Source: a virus. Taken from it: DNA of 64,000 bases. Shown one piece after another: positions 45,060-55,183 of the stretch; positions within the stretch are counted from its first letter, which is position 1, and every line of letters starts with the position of its first letter. Made by a program: the position numbers and the translations under genes. The notes beneath the pieces are model-generated. The model did not search any database. It saw only the letters and a list, made by a program, of their open reading frames with translations, and had not been told where the DNA came from. The DNA lies in IMG/VR virus record IMGVR_UViG_3300006028_000002, positions 1 through 64,000 of that record; one strand, written 5' to 3'.

Positions 45060-45068
45060 GCTGTGAGG

Positions 45069-45731
45069 CTAGTGCGTCACCGGCACATTCGGCCCGAACA
45101 CGATTTGACTACCTGCGCTCGGCGGCTGGCCTGGCACCACGGGCCCGGGATTGATCGGAATCAGCGGGATGATGTTGGGATTGGTGCTGCATTGGAACAG
45201 CACGTAGGCCAGCGGCGGGATGTCGAGCTGCTGATTGTCGATCTGGAGCAGGTGGGCATCGGCCACGTAGAGATCCACACAGGTGTGCAGCCACACGGTG
45301 CGCTCGGAAGGCAACGGCAGCGGGGTGCCCGGCGGGGGCAGAATTTCCAGCGGCACGATCGGCGGCTGCTCGCGCTGCGCCGGAGCGGTGGTGGGTGGCG
45401 GGTTGTACACCGGGCCCGGTGCGGGTGCTGCGGGTGCGGGTGCTGCGGGTGCGGGTGCTGCGGGTCCAGGTGCCGGGGTCACGGGTGCCGGCCGGTTGCG
45501 CCCCAGCAGCCGATCCAGCAGGCTGCGATGCGGTGCGGGGGCAACCGGATCAGCCGGCGCGGGAGCTACCGCAGCGGCCGGGTCAGGGGTGCACAGGATG
45601 CTGCTGGGCAGCAGCTCGAACCCGGGTGCACACGGGTTGACCGGGGCCGCGTCGGCCATCCCGGGCATGGCCAGCAGCAATCCGGTAGCGGTGGCGATCG
45701 CGGCCAGTGGGGGCAATAGTCGTTTCCACAT
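45069..45731 (-). CDS. secreted Pro/Ala-rich protein
   Basis: Signal peptide ending ADA; 15-nt tandem repeat at about 45418-45465 encoding PAAPA x3; two Cys pairs. Confidence 0.7.
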   Translation of the reverse strand: MWKRLLPPLAAIATATGLLLAMPGMADAAPVNPCAPGFELLPSSILCTPDPAAAVAPAPADPVAPAPHRSLLDRLLGRNRPAPVTPAPGPAAPAPAAPAPAAPAPGPVYNPPPTTAPAQREQPPIVPLEILPPPGTPLPLPSERTVWLHTCVDLYVADAHLLQIDNQQLDIPPLAYVLFQCSTNPNIIPLIPINPGPVVPGQPPSAGSQIVFGPNVPVTH

Positions 45732-45883
45732 GCGCACTCCTGGTTGCTCGATCAGGGACTCCCTGCCCGGGATCAACGATCGAGCACCCGTCAGGATGCG
45801 CGCCAGTCTTACGGGTTGCTACAGTGTGCGGCGCCTGCGATTTCCTTGTCCCCCCTTGGCGCAGGTGATGGGTTCCCCTCAAA

Positions 45884-45934
45884 GAGTTGACCCGGCCGAG
45901 CGCACAAGACTCCACACCACGGCCGGGTCAACTC
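45884..45934. terminator. 15-bp perfect inverted repeat after the lysis genes
   Basis: GAGTTGACCCGGCCG-N21-CGGCCGGGTCAACTC. Confidence 0.6.
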
Positions 45935-45965
45935 CTGTTTCTCTACCTACCCCGGATTACATCTT

Positions 45966-46250
45966 TTAGAGCAGCCCGCCGACCAGCTTGCTGATCAGGT
46001 CGCTGGCCACCACTTGCGGAGCATTCCGCACTGGCGATACCAGTGGTGTGGCGTGGGTCGCCACTGCCTTGGCAGCGAATAGAGCAAACACCCCACCCAG
46101 TACCGGGCTGAGAATCTTGGAGATAGTCGGAGGTACCAGGCCGGAGGTCAGCACTGCCGTGGACAGCGCCGAGGCGATACCCACCACCGGGCCGATGATG
46201 TTTGCCACGTCATGGACAACCTGGGGAACGGGCGCAATGGGACTAGCCAT
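45966..46250 (-). CDS. holin-like membrane protein
   Basis: 2 TM, directly after the endolysin. Confidence 0.6.
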   Translation of the reverse strand: MASPIAPVPQVVHDVANIIGPVVGIASALSTAVLTSGLVPPTISKILSPVLGGVFALFAAKAVATHATPLVSPVRNAPQVVASDLISKLVGGLL

Positions 46251-46302
46251 GGAGAAAACCACCTTATGTGGATAATTGAGAATTGCGATATACGGGAAAC
46301 GC

Positions 46303-47256
46303 TTAAACGGTGGGCCGGGTCTCTAGACACAGGGTCGCGCCATCGGGGCACGCCGTGACATCCCAGGTCACCACCAGGTGAATCGTGCCATCGCGCAACT
46401 CCTCGAAATTGTGCGGCACCAGATTGTTAGTGTTGGGGGTCAGTGCGGTTTGATCCCACGTCCAATCGTTGATGCCTCCGGCGGCACCCTGGGCGAACAC
46501 CCGGATATAGCCGGGACCGGTCATTGAACTCGTGGCGGCTGAGAACCATGCCATGCGCTTATCTGCCGAGGCGGCTCCGGTGGGGCATTCGATGACACGG
46601 CGCCCCTTACCGGTGATGAACCATTGCTGCATATTGTCATCCTCCTGATGGCGGGCGCGGGTGTAGGGATGCTGGCCGAAATCCGGCCGTATCATTGCTT
46701 CGTTGACGTCGCAGTCAACCCCGTCCACGGTCACGGTCTTGATGTGCTGATAAATGTGCGCCTGCGGATGGATCTGGCCACCCGACCAGGCTCCAGCCTG
46801 CCACGCCCAGGTCGCGGTGCCATTGGCGAGCGCGCGTTTTACCGGGTAGAAGCCGCCATAGATGCCGACCCGCTCCACGCCAATCACACTGGCCGCGCCG
46901 CGCAGATAATCATCGATGACACCCTGCTGAGCTTCGCTGGCATCCCAGTCCGCGGAGAAATACACGGGTCGCTCGGCCGCCGGATACCCTATCTGATCCA
47001 ATTGATTCTGCGCCGAATGCGCGTCCATCACACCCGCGTTGTACCCGCCGAGCATTCTATCGGCGGTAGTTTCCCAGTTGACGATAACGGCGATTCCCGC
47101 CGCGGTGAGTGCCTGGTACTCATTTTTTGTGAGCAGCTTGCCGGGTAGTCCCGGGCCGCCGGGGGTCAGGTACCGGCAAACAAAACCGAAGCCTGCGTCT
47201 TTGATGGCGGCAGCACTCGGCACACCGCCCGCGAAATCGATGCCGTAAAGAGCCAT
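46303..47256 (-). CDS. endolysin, DUF1906/GH25-like glycoside hydrolase + C-terminal domain
   Basis: GIDF, FVCRYL, VNWE, VYFSADWD, GIYG, WQAGAWSGG, DCDVNE; start refined to MALYGID. Confidence 0.9.
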   Translation of the reverse strand: MALYGIDFAGGVPSAAAIKDAGFGFVCRYLTPGGPGLPGKLLTKNEYQALTAAGIAVIVNWETTADRMLGGYNAGVMDAHSAQNQLDQIGYPAAERPVYFSADWDASEAQQGVIDDYLRGAASVIGVERVGIYGGFYPVKRALANGTATWAWQAGAWSGGQIHPQAHIYQHIKTVTVDGVDCDVNEAMIRPDFGQHPYTRARHQEDDNMQQWFITGKGRRVIECPTGAASADKRMAWFSAATSSMTGPGYIRVFAQGAAGGINDWTWDQTALTPNTNNLVPHNFEELRDGTIHLVVTWDVTACPDGATLCLETRPTV

Positions 47257-47609
47257 TAGTCCCCCGGCCGGATGATGATTTTGTCCCGGCCTGCGGGGTT
47301 GTCCCCGTTGATGCCGGCGGTGAGCAGTTTGGAGCGCTGGGCTCTGAGCTCTGCCATGTTTTTGGTCACGGCATCCTCGTATACCGCGGGTGGGAGGTGG
47401 ATGGGCATCATGAAACTCTGTTGCAATACCTGACCGAGCACGTGCAGCGCCGCGGTGTGCAGATAGCACAGCAGCACCGGAGCCGGGCCTTGCGGGGTCG
47501 GCATGATCGCCAGCGTCACCTCGAACGCCCAGTCCTCACCCAGGGCCAGCTTCTCCACGGTCTCCCGGATGATGGGGCGCACCGATTCGAGAACTTCGGT
47601 TACAGCCAC
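47256..47609 (-). CDS. hypothetical protein
   Basis: AGGAGG RBS before GTG; TAATG overlap with the endolysin. Confidence 0.7.
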   Translation of the reverse strand: MAVTEVLESVRPIIRETVEKLALGEDWAFEVTLAIMPTPQGPAPVLLCYLHTAALHVLGQVLQQSFMMPIHLPPAVYEDAVTKNMAELRAQRSKLLTAGINGDNPAGRDKIIIRPGD

Positions 47610-47628
47610 AGTGACGCGTCCTCCTGCC

Positions 47629-47997
47629 CTATGCGGTGGGTGCCGGGGGTGCTGGTGCGGGCACCGGGTTGGCCGGATCGGCACCCAGGCCGCGCAGCGT
47701 CGTTTCGGTCGCCTGGAGCTTTGAAATATCGGGGGCCAGGGTGTCCATCGCGGCGGTCACCGCAGCCTGGTTACCGGAGCTGATGGCGGCCTGAAGTGCC
47801 TCCAGCTTGGTGCGGATCGAGGCGGCGTCATCGGCGAGCGCGTTGGTCACGGCATCGAGTGCGGCAAGCGTGTTTTCGGCGGTGGCCATTCTTAACTCCA
47901 ATTGTTTCAATCGGGATTCATGATCGGTGAGTTCAGTGATGATCGTGGGCAGCGCATTGACGTTGTTCAGAACCACCACCCAATCGGACAGGTTCAT
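47629..47997 (-). CDS. coiled-coil protein of the lysis region
   Basis: Start MNLSDW by ATGA overlap. Confidence 0.65.
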   Translation of the reverse strand: MNLSDWVVVLNNVNALPTIITELTDHESRLKQLELRMATAENTLAALDAVTNALADDAASIRTKLEALQAAISSGNQAAVTAAMDTLAPDISKLQATETTLRGLGADPANPVPAPAPPAPTA

Positions 47998-48230
47998 TGG
48001 ATGCTCGACGCAGGGGGTTGCCACGGAGTACTCGGCGCGGGAGGTGGGGCAGGGGGCGCAGCAGCCGGATGCGAATTGGGAATCTGGTGCACCAGAATAC
48101 TGCCGATCACCGCGGTAACAATCGCTGAAATGCCGGCGGGTGTGGTGAATCCTTTCGCGGCGACCACGGCCTGCGCGGCGGTAGCGGCCAAAGAAACGGC
48201 AGCCCAGATAAATTTGTTGTATTTGCTCAA
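47994..48230 (-). CDS. holin
   Basis: KYNKF + 2 TM + VHQIPN. Confidence 0.7.
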   Translation of the reverse strand: MSKYNKFIWAAVSLAATAAQAVVAAKGFTTPAGISAIVTAVIGSILVHQIPNSHPAAAPPAPPPAPSTPWQPPASSIQ

Positions 48231-48242
48231 CGGGCCACACTC

Positions 48243-48878
48243 CTATTTATGGTAATTGATGTACAGCGCGACAATCGCGATAAGAATGGTGATGACAGCC
48301 CCCGCGAACGCCCAGCTGGCGTGCATGCCGCTACGGTTTCCGCTGGACAATGTTTGCGCTTTGGCGATCTCATCGACTTTGGTCATCACGATGTTGTACT
48401 GCGCCATCACCGCATCCCGGTCGATGAACCTATCCATCCGTTTGATCAGTTCCTGGATTCGCTCGGCGTTGCGGTCGATGGCGCCCATCGCCTCATCCCG
48501 GGAGATGTGAAACGACACCCGGTCGGTGAGAACCCGCACCTGCTCGGCGTAGCGCAGTCCCGTGCTGTTGATCTCATCACGGGTCATAAACGTCGCGGTC
48601 TGATCGGAGAGCTGCTGGCGGAACTCGTTGACCGACTCGAACCGCAGTTCCATGGCCCGCTCGGCTTTGTTGCTGGCCAGGGTGACCGCGGTGAGGGCAG
48701 CATCGATGGCCTTGCCTTGCGCGCTGATCGCGGCCTCCAGTGCGCGTTGCTGGGAGTCGAACCGCTGCGCCATCTGGGCCTGCAAGTCGATGTGCCGGTC
48801 TTTGTAATACTCCATCAGCGTGGTGGTGGTCCACCCGGTGCTGATTTGCGGGGGCAGATCCCTGGGTTCCAGCGGCAC
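48243..48878 (-). CDS. coiled-coil protein with C-terminal TM
   Basis: KAERAMELRFESVNEFRQQLSDQ; internal T/SRDE repeats; C-terminal TM. Confidence 0.75.
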   Translation of the reverse strand: MPLEPRDLPPQISTGWTTTTLMEYYKDRHIDLQAQMAQRFDSQQRALEAAISAQGKAIDAALTAVTLASNKAERAMELRFESVNEFRQQLSDQTATFMTRDEINSTGLRYAEQVRVLTDRVSFHISRDEAMGAIDRNAERIQELIKRMDRFIDRDAVMAQYNIVMTKVDEIAKAQTLSSGNRSGMHASWAFAGAVITILIAIVALYINYHK

Positions 48879-48882
48879 GTGA

Positions 48883-49047
48883 CTACTCCTGCCGTGTCAT
48901 CCGGGGGACCGTGCACGTGGCGCGGGGCGGCTGGGCCTCCTGCAAGGCGCGCAGAATCGCGAGTGCCCCGAGTGCGTATCCGGCATTCAGCTGGTAAATG
49001 GCGTCATCGACCAATCGTTGCTCCGAGAGATTCATACATCGGGTCAT
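48883..49047 (-). CDS. small hypothetical protein
   Basis: AGGAG RBS. Confidence 0.4.
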   Translation of the reverse strand: MTRCMNLSEQRLVDDAIYQLNAGYALGALAILRALQEAQPPRATCTVPRMTRQE

Positions 49048-49225
49048 ATCTCCTATTCGGGAGGTGCAGTGGGTAGTGGCGTGGTGCGGTCGGCCTGTTG
49101 CTCGGCGGCCAGCGTGCGCAGCAGACGCAAACCGAAATCGGCGCACCCGTGGCTGATAAACCACACCGCATCCGCCGCTACCCGACGTTCGTAAGAATCC
49201 ATGGCGCACCGATTCCTTTGGGTGG

Positions 49226-51739
49226 TTATTCGGTGAGGGTCAGCTCGCCCTGGGTGGCGTGGGTCAGCAGTGGACCGTGCGCATCGGCATCACTGCCGAC
49301 ATTCCGGGCGAGTGCGGCGGACGGGGCCCGCGCTGCGGCGGTGAGCTGGAACTCGTTTCGCTCGCGCAGCACCACGGACACCGAGTCGGGTACGTGCGCA
49401 CGCACAACCCCGACCTCGGCACTGAACTCCATGGTGCCGGCGATCAGCGACGCCACCTGAGCACCCGAGCCCGCCACGGTGGCGGTGAGAATCGCCGGAG
49501 CGTTGTCGTAGTGCAGCATCAGATCGCCGGCCGCGCCGGTAGCGCTAGACCCCAGCAGAGCCGCGTCGAGTGCTGCGGTTACCCCGGCTGCCGCGCCTGC
49601 CGCACTGGCTCCGGTCAGCGGGTAGGCGTCGTCGTGCGCCCCGGTCAGCGTGCTCGTGGTGCCGGTTGCGGTGGCCTCGATGAACACCGGGGCACCGTCG
49701 AACAGGGCCGACAGATCCCCCGCGCTGGCTACCCCGGATGCACTGACCTGGGGCGCGACGGTAGCCACCACGTCGGCAGTGACACCTGTAGCCGAGCCCG
49801 AACCAGCGGTGGCCAGCAGCGCGGACTCAATATCAGCGCTCAGATCAGCTGCGGTGCCGCTACCGGTGGCCTCAATCAGCGTGGGGGAGGCGTCGTAGGC
49901 GGTGGTGGCGTCATCGGATTCGCCTGTGCCGGTGGCCTCGGACAGCGGGGATTCAACTTCACTGAAGACGCTGAAAATCAGCCCAAACGGGTTGCCGGTG
50001 CCGGTGGCCTCGATGATCGGCTGATCGGTGTCGGTGGCGTAGCCCACGTCAGCCGCGTCGCCCTGGACCTCGGCATCGGCCAGGATGACGGTGGTGTCGA
50101 ACAGGGCACTGTGATCCTGTGCGATGCCCGAGCCGACCGCCGCGGTGGGAGCGGCCTCAATATCAGCGCTGTTATCGGCTGCGGTACCGGAACCGGTGGC
50201 TTCGCTGATCGGGCATTCGAGATCGCTGGACAGGTCGCTGGCCGAACCGGTGCCGGTGGCCTCGGTGAGTGCGGCAGTCTCGTCGTAGGCGGTGGTCAGA
50301 TCATTGGCGGTACTGGTTGCGGTGGCCGTGGTGAGGGAGGGGGCCGTGCCGGTGGCGTAGGTGACGTCGGTGGCGCTGCCCGAGCCATCGGCGTCGATGA
50401 GTGCCGAGGTGACGTCGGTGGTCAGATCGTTGGCCGTGCCGGTGCCGGTGGCCTCGATGAGCGAAAACGCCAGCTCAAACGTGAGATCGGACGCCGTGCC
50501 GGTGGCATCCGCATCGGTCAGCGTGGCGCTGGTGCCGGTGGTGCTGGTGGCGCTCAGATCATTGGCGGTGCCGGTGCCATCGGCCTCGGTGAGATAGACA
50601 TCGGCCTGGAATGCGACCACACCCGCGTTGCCGGTGCCATCGGCGTCGATGAGTGCCGAGTCGCTGGAACCGCTGACGCCTTGCCCGGCGCCCGAGCCGC
50701 TGGCTGAGCTGTAACTGGAGTCGCTGGACCCGGCTAGATCCGCAGCGGTGCCGGTGCCGGCGGCTGCCGAGGGGAAGACGCTGGCCGTGATGGTGTTATC
50801 GCCGGCCACCCCGGTACCGGCAGCATTGCCGAGCCCGGAATCGCTGGAGCCGGCCAAATCCTGCCCAGCACCGGTTGCGCTGGCGGTGGTGAGGGTGACC
50901 GCGTAGTCGTAGTTAGCGGTCAGGTCATTGGCTGCACCACTCGCGCTGGCTGAGCTGAAACTCGAGTCGCTGGAGCCGCTGACGCCTTGCGCGGTGCCAG
51001 TGGCGTCCGCATCGGTGGGGAAGACGCTGGCGGTGATGGTGAGATCGGACGCTGCGCCGGCAGCACTCGCGGTGCTGACACTCGAATCACTGGAGCCGGT
51101 CAAGTCATTCGCAGCACCACTACTGGCGGCGTTGGTAACGCCCGAATCCGAACTGCCGCCCGGGGCATTCGCGGTACCCGTACCATCGGCATCAGTCGGA
51201 AAAACGCTGGCCGTGATGGTCAGGTCATTGGCGGCTGAGGTGGCACTGGCGGAGCTGTAACTCGAATCGCTGGACCCGGCCAGGTCGCTGGCGGCACCGG
51301 TTGCGCTGGCCGAAGTAAACGACGCAGAGGTGTCATAAGTAGCGGTCAGATCGGATGCCGCGCCGATACCGTCCGCGTCGGTGAGGTTGCCAATAACATC
51401 AACAGATCCGGTCAGATCATTGGCGGTGCCCGCTGCGGTGGCCTCGCGCAGGTATCCTTCGACATAGCCGAAAGGACTGCCCGCCAGCGCGGTCTGGATC
51501 TCAAATCCACCGCCGGCATCTTGCGCGGCAGCCGTGGCATCGGCATCGATGAGGGCAGGGCTGGCGTCGCTGGTTGCGGTGAAATCATTGGCGGTACCCG
51601 TGGCGGTGGCCTCGGTGATGGCTGCCGAGACATCGGGACTAACACTGGGGAGAGTCCAGCAGGTTGGATAAAACCAGGGCCGCAGAGGATGACCTTGTTT
51701 GCGGGGGGCGCCACGGCCGGCGCGGTTTAGACTGCCCAC
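49226..51739 (-). CDS. acidic Ala/Thr/Ser/Gly repeat virion protein (about 33 repeats)
   Basis: 20-24-aa period, core hxxAx(A/G)TGxAxDL; basic N-terminal peptide. Confidence 0.85.
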   Translation of the reverse strand: MGSLNRAGRGAPRKQGHPLRPWFYPTCWTLPSVSPDVSAAITEATATGTANDFTATSDASPALIDADATAAAQDAGGGFEIQTALAGSPFGYVEGYLREATAAGTANDLTGSVDVIGNLTDADGIGAASDLTATYDTSASFTSASATGAASDLAGSSDSSYSSASATSAANDLTITASVFPTDADGTGTANAPGGSSDSGVTNAASSGAANDLTGSSDSSVSTASAAGAASDLTITASVFPTDADATGTAQGVSGSSDSSFSSASASGAANDLTANYDYAVTLTTASATGAGQDLAGSSDSGLGNAAGTGVAGDNTITASVFPSAAAGTGTAADLAGSSDSSYSSASGSGAGQGVSGSSDSALIDADGTGNAGVVAFQADVYLTEADGTGTANDLSATSTTGTSATLTDADATGTASDLTFELAFSLIEATGTGTANDLTTDVTSALIDADGSGSATDVTYATGTAPSLTTATATSTANDLTTAYDETAALTEATGTGSASDLSSDLECPISEATGSGTAADNSADIEAAPTAAVGSGIAQDHSALFDTTVILADAEVQGDAADVGYATDTDQPIIEATGTGNPFGLIFSVFSEVESPLSEATGTGESDDATTAYDASPTLIEATGSGTAADLSADIESALLATAGSGSATGVTADVVATVAPQVSASGVASAGDLSALFDGAPVFIEATATGTTSTLTGAHDDAYPLTGASAAGAAAGVTAALDAALLGSSATGAAGDLMLHYDNAPAILTATVAGSGAQVASLIAGTMEFSAEVGVVRAHVPDSVSVVLRERNEFQLTAAARAPSAALARNVGSDADAHGPLLTHATQGELTLTE

Positions 51740-51757
51740 GGCTGCACCCCGTCAGTC

Positions 51758-52531
51758 TCAGCAGATAGCGTCGTGTGGTGCCACCGCGTTTGTCAGAATC
51801 CCCGGCGATCCCTTGAACCGCCACGGCGCCGGGCCCGGATTACCTGTGTTGTTCAGCTGCCAATTGCCGTAGTACATGGTGGGCACATTCGCCACAGAGC
51901 TGTTCTGGAAACCGCAGTACCACCAGCTGGCAGTGGATGCGCCATAGTTCTGCCCCGTGACGCTGATCGTATCGGTGACCGTGGTGGTGTCGACATCGGT
52001 ACCCGCAAAAAAGTTGGCGGACGCGCTACCCACGGATCCACTGGCGGTAAAGGCGAGCTCAATTCGCGTCCATTGTCCGGTGAGTACGGTGATCGCACCC
52101 AACGATTGCGTACCGGCATTAAAGTTTTTCAGCACCCACAACACGGGTGCGCTGGAGGTGCGCAGATTGATCTGGAGCTGATCGTTGATGAGACTATTAC
52201 TGCCGATACCGAATACCGTTTGATCGGCGACCAGTCCGGTAAATGATGTCACATAGATGTAGAACCGCACATAGGTGGTCGTCTGAGTGCCCATCGAGGC
52301 ATCCCATTGGACGTAAGGATTGTCCGCCGTAGCACCCGAGGACTGCCCGTAGACAAAGGTACTGGTGGGCCGATTGAGCCCAGCTCGGTTTGCGTCAATA
52401 AATTGTTGCACCGTACTGGCTGCCGGGTTACCGGTCACATCGAAAGCGTTATCCCCGAACTGCCCGCTATTCGAGGTGGTCAGCGTCGTGGTATCCGGGC
52501 CACCGTTGAAATTATTATTAAGGACGGTCAT
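51758..52531 (-). CDS. beta-sandwich (LamG/lectin-like) receptor-binding candidate
   Basis: YVRFYIY, GQWTRIE; tail region. Confidence 0.65.
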   Translation of the reverse strand: MTVLNNNFNGGPDTTTLTTSNSGQFGDNAFDVTGNPAASTVQQFIDANRAGLNRPTSTFVYGQSSGATADNPYVQWDASMGTQTTTYVRFYIYVTSFTGLVADQTVFGIGSNSLINDQLQINLRTSSAPVLWVLKNFNAGTQSLGAITVLTGQWTRIELAFTASGSVGSASANFFAGTDVDTTTVTDTISVTGQNYGASTASWWYCGFQNSSVANVPTMYYGNWQLNNTGNPGPAPWRFKGSPGILTNAVAPHDAIC

Positions 52532-52977
52532 TGCTCAATGTAAAGATTGATGGCCGCGGTGGTGGTGATCGTCGAGGTGCCCCGCAACGCCCGCAACACC
52601 GAAATCGGTTGGTAAATCTCCCGCCCAAACGGGTACAAAATGCTGTACATGCCGGGTAGTGGCAGCAGATAGATAGGCAGCTGACCGGCCGCGAAACTCG
52701 TAGGCTCAACAGTATCCGCCACTTTGACAGTACCCAGGGTCGCCGCGAGCGATTGATCCGGCCCAATCTTCTGTGGGGTAATCGTCGTGCCGGTTCCGGT
52801 CACAGTATAGGTACCCCATTGGATCGTCAGCGCACCAGCCGACGTCGCACCGCTGGTGACTTCCATGCAATAGACGACAAACGGCAGCGAGGCCCCGGTG
52901 GGAATCTCGATCATTGTTTTCGCGGTGGCTGCGGTCAGCGACACTGAGCCCGTACTAATACAGTATTGCAGCGCCAT
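52528..52977 (-). CDS. virion beta-sandwich protein (paralog of 53987-54472)
   Basis: Shared pattern incl. EVT/SVT and YPFGRE/LPLGQE. Confidence 0.7.
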   Translation of the reverse strand: MALQYCISTGSVSLTAATAKTMIEIPTGASLPFVVYCMEVTSGATSAGALTIQWGTYTVTGTGTTITPQKIGPDQSLAATLGTVKVADTVEPTSFAAGQLPIYLLPLPGMYSILYPFGREIYQPISVLRALRGTSTITTTAAINLYIEQ

Positions 52978-53208
52978 CTATTCGCTCTTTTCACTACCGC
53001 AGACATGGACGGGGGGCGCCTCTGGGCTGGCTCGTACACACAGACCGATGACCATGCCATTCTCATCAACAGTCGGATAGAGCTGCATGCCGTGCCAGTC
53101 GCCCACCGCACCGCATCCCGTGCATTTGTAATTCGCTCCGGCGTGCTGGAGCAGCGGCAAATCATCAATTGGATGTGCCGGATTCTTGAACGGCGTGAAC
53201 TCACCCAT
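52978..53208 (-). CDS. small zinc-binding protein
   Basis: CTGC...HVC. Confidence 0.6.
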   Translation of the reverse strand: MGEFTPFKNPAHPIDDLPLLQHAGANYKCTGCGAVGDWHGMQLYPTVDENGMVIGLCVRASPEAPPVHVCGSEKSE

Positions 53209-53210
53209 GA

Positions 53211-53750
53211 TCAGTCTCCTGGCATGATTCCGGCGACGGCGCTGAACACGCTGTTGACGGTGAACATTAAATTGCTGTCCGTCTCCATCTTCTGCACAGT
53301 CCCGGTCGCCCCACCGACACCATCACCGGGCTGCGGGATCGAGAAGGTAGTGGTACTGATGACCGTGATCACCCAGCTACCATTAGCGGCAGTGTTGACG
53401 GTGTGCCCGAGAATCTCCACCACGTCGCCGCTGGTGTAGCCGTGTGCCGCTGCGGTGGTGATGACAATCGGATTCGCGTTAGTCGATGAAGTGATGGCAA
53501 TAGGGTTAAACCAACTCAACGCCGAGCCAGGATCGGAAGCCACCGCATTGGTGAATGCCGCGAGTGTCGCGGTGGGTGAAGTCAGTACACGGATCGCGAG
53601 CAAGCGCCGTTTCGACCACACGGTCGCAGTCATAGCAGCCTGCGCCTCACTGCTGACCTGGACAGCGGCCTTGACCATAGCGAGTTGGATGCGCTGCTGG
53701 AATGAGGCATCGGCAATGAGTTGCGCGCCCTGGCCCAACGTGAGTGCCAT
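53211..53750 (-). CDS. virion protein with inserted FCCH-like beta-barrel
   Basis: ITSSTNANPIVITT..HGYTSGD.V...NGSW..TV...TTFSI between two helical parts. Confidence 0.7.
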   Translation of the reverse strand: MALTLGQGAQLIADASFQQRIQLAMVKAAVQVSSEAQAAMTATVWSKRRLLAIRVLTSPTATLAAFTNAVASDPGSALSWFNPIAITSSTNANPIVITTAAAHGYTSGDVVEILGHTVNTAANGSWVITVISTTTFSIPQPGDGVGGATGTVQKMETDSNLMFTVNSVFSAVAGIMPGD

Positions 53751-53763
53751 TCAGTCTCCCCCT

Positions 53764-53952
53764 TTAGGCGACGATGATTCCGGCGTCCACGGTGCCGCCC
53801 AAGTCTTGAGCAAAACCCGTGCTATCAGCATCGGTTACCGTTGCGCTTGTATCTGCGGCGCCACGAGCCCGGGGCAGCGCTGGACCGGGAATAAGAACGG
53901 GGGACGGCGAGGGTGCCAGCCATCTCAAGCCCCCGGCACGGCGACGAGACAT
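53764..53952 (-). CDS. 62-aa protein with basic N-terminus and one copy of the acidic repeat
   Basis: GAGGTG RBS; VTDADSTGFAQDL. Confidence 0.6.
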   Translation of the reverse strand: MSRRRAGGLRWLAPSPSPVLIPGPALPRARGAADTSATVTDADSTGFAQDLGGTVDAGIIVA

Positions 53953-53986
53953 CGCGTCACCTCACCACGCAATGTGCCAACACGAG

Positions 53987-54472
53987 CTATTCAGTCCACA
54001 CGAGATAACTGGTGACCGCGACAATGGCCGGCGCTACGCACTGAACGCCCAGCCCCGCGCCTGCTGTGGCCGGAAAAGCGGGCTCCTGCCCTAGTGGTAA
54101 TTGCACGACAATCCCGGACGTGGGCGGCACATACCACGTCCGCAAAATAACGCCCACGGTGGGCGCAGTAGTGGCATAAACACCAGGTGATGCGGTGGTC
54201 GGCATATACGCGGTGCACAGACTGCCCGGCGCGGAGGAGTCCAGCGGGGTCGCCGCCTGAGTAATCGTGCCGCCGCCCACCGGGGCGACTGTGGTACGGA
54301 CCAGACGCACAATCACGGGCACCGCTGTAGCTGTGACGCCGTTAAACGTCACGGACAACTCATTAGCGACCATGCGCCGGGTGGTGCCCGTTGAGGCAAC
54401 ATCCAGCACGACGAGTGCGGCTCCTGCACCCAGGTTGATGGCCTCGGATGCCGCCACATAAAGATCAGCCAC
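53987..54472 (-). CDS. virion beta-sandwich protein
   Basis: AAGGAG RBS; paralog of 52528-52977. Confidence 0.7.
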   Translation of the reverse strand: MADLYVAASEAINLGAGAALVVLDVASTGTTRRMVANELSVTFNGVTATAVPVIVRLVRTTVAPVGGGTITQAATPLDSSAPGSLCTAYMPTTASPGVYATTAPTVGVILRTWYVPPTSGIVVQLPLGQEPAFPATAGAGLGVQCVAPAIVAVTSYLVWTE

Positions 54473-54490
54473 GGGACGGCTCCTTTTTGA

Positions 54491-55183
54491 TCACCAGAAT
54501 ACGGCGCGTTTTACGGCCTGACTGATAACGCGCGGGCGGATCGGCGTAACCGCTGACAAGGGTGTGAGCTCCAGAGCGATGCCCAACCAAGACAAGCTCG
54601 TATTGGTAGCACCTATCGTTTTGGTTCCCACCGCACCCGCGTTGAGGTAGTACCCGCCATAAAATGTGCCGAAGAATGTATCGTTTTGTAGCGTGGCCTG
54701 GGTGTAAGAGCCCGCAGTGGCCGTACTGTATGTCAAGACAGTGTTAGCGCCATTGGCATCGGTCATCAGCATGACGATCGCGCTATTAGCCACGGTGGTG
54801 GCGATGGTAAACGTCGCTGCGGCGACTGCGCTAGAACTGGCGCTAGCGGTAGCCCCGATACCCGCCACTCCAGTAAAACTATAAGCGGTGTATGACCATT
54901 TTGTACTGCCGGTAGACAACGCTTGTGACAGCGTGAATGTCTGGCCAGAGCCGATGGGGGCCGACCACATCTCAGCCGCGAGGATAGCGTTGGAGTCTAC
55001 TATGGATATCCGCGGAGTATAGGTGTAGCTCCCACCAGAGGGGGTAGCGAAATTCAGGGCGCCGGTCTCAATCCACGAAATGACGAGCAGCATATCGCTG
55101 GCATTGACGGTCACTGATTCTGTTTTAGGCGTGGTGGTGCTGATAGCGATAGGCCCGGTCTGCACACCGAAGGCGATAGCCAC
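54491..55183 (-). CDS. virion beta-rich protein, paralog of the N-domain of 55559-57508
   Basis: GYYLNAGAVGTKTIG vs GIYLNAGAIATKSIG; QTFTL in both. Confidence 0.75.
   Translation of the reverse strand: MAIAFGVQTGPIAISTTTPKTESVTVNASDMLLVISWIETGALNFATPSGGSYTYTPRISIVDSNAILAAEMWSAPIGSGQTFTLSQALSTGSTKWSYTAYSFTGVAGIGATASASSSAVAAATFTIATTVANSAIVMLMTDANGANTVLTYSTATAGSYTQATLQNDTFFGTFYGGYYLNAGAVGTKTIGATNTSLSWLGIALELTPLSAVTPIRPRVISQAVKRAVFW

Noticed and set aside
49259-50707. 482-aa Gly/Arg-rich plus-strand ORF
   Set aside because: Shadow of the repeat protein.
49226-51739. Ice-nucleation or antifreeze protein
   Set aside because: The period is an irregular 20-24 aa, with no AGYGST 8/16-mer or regular TxT ladder.
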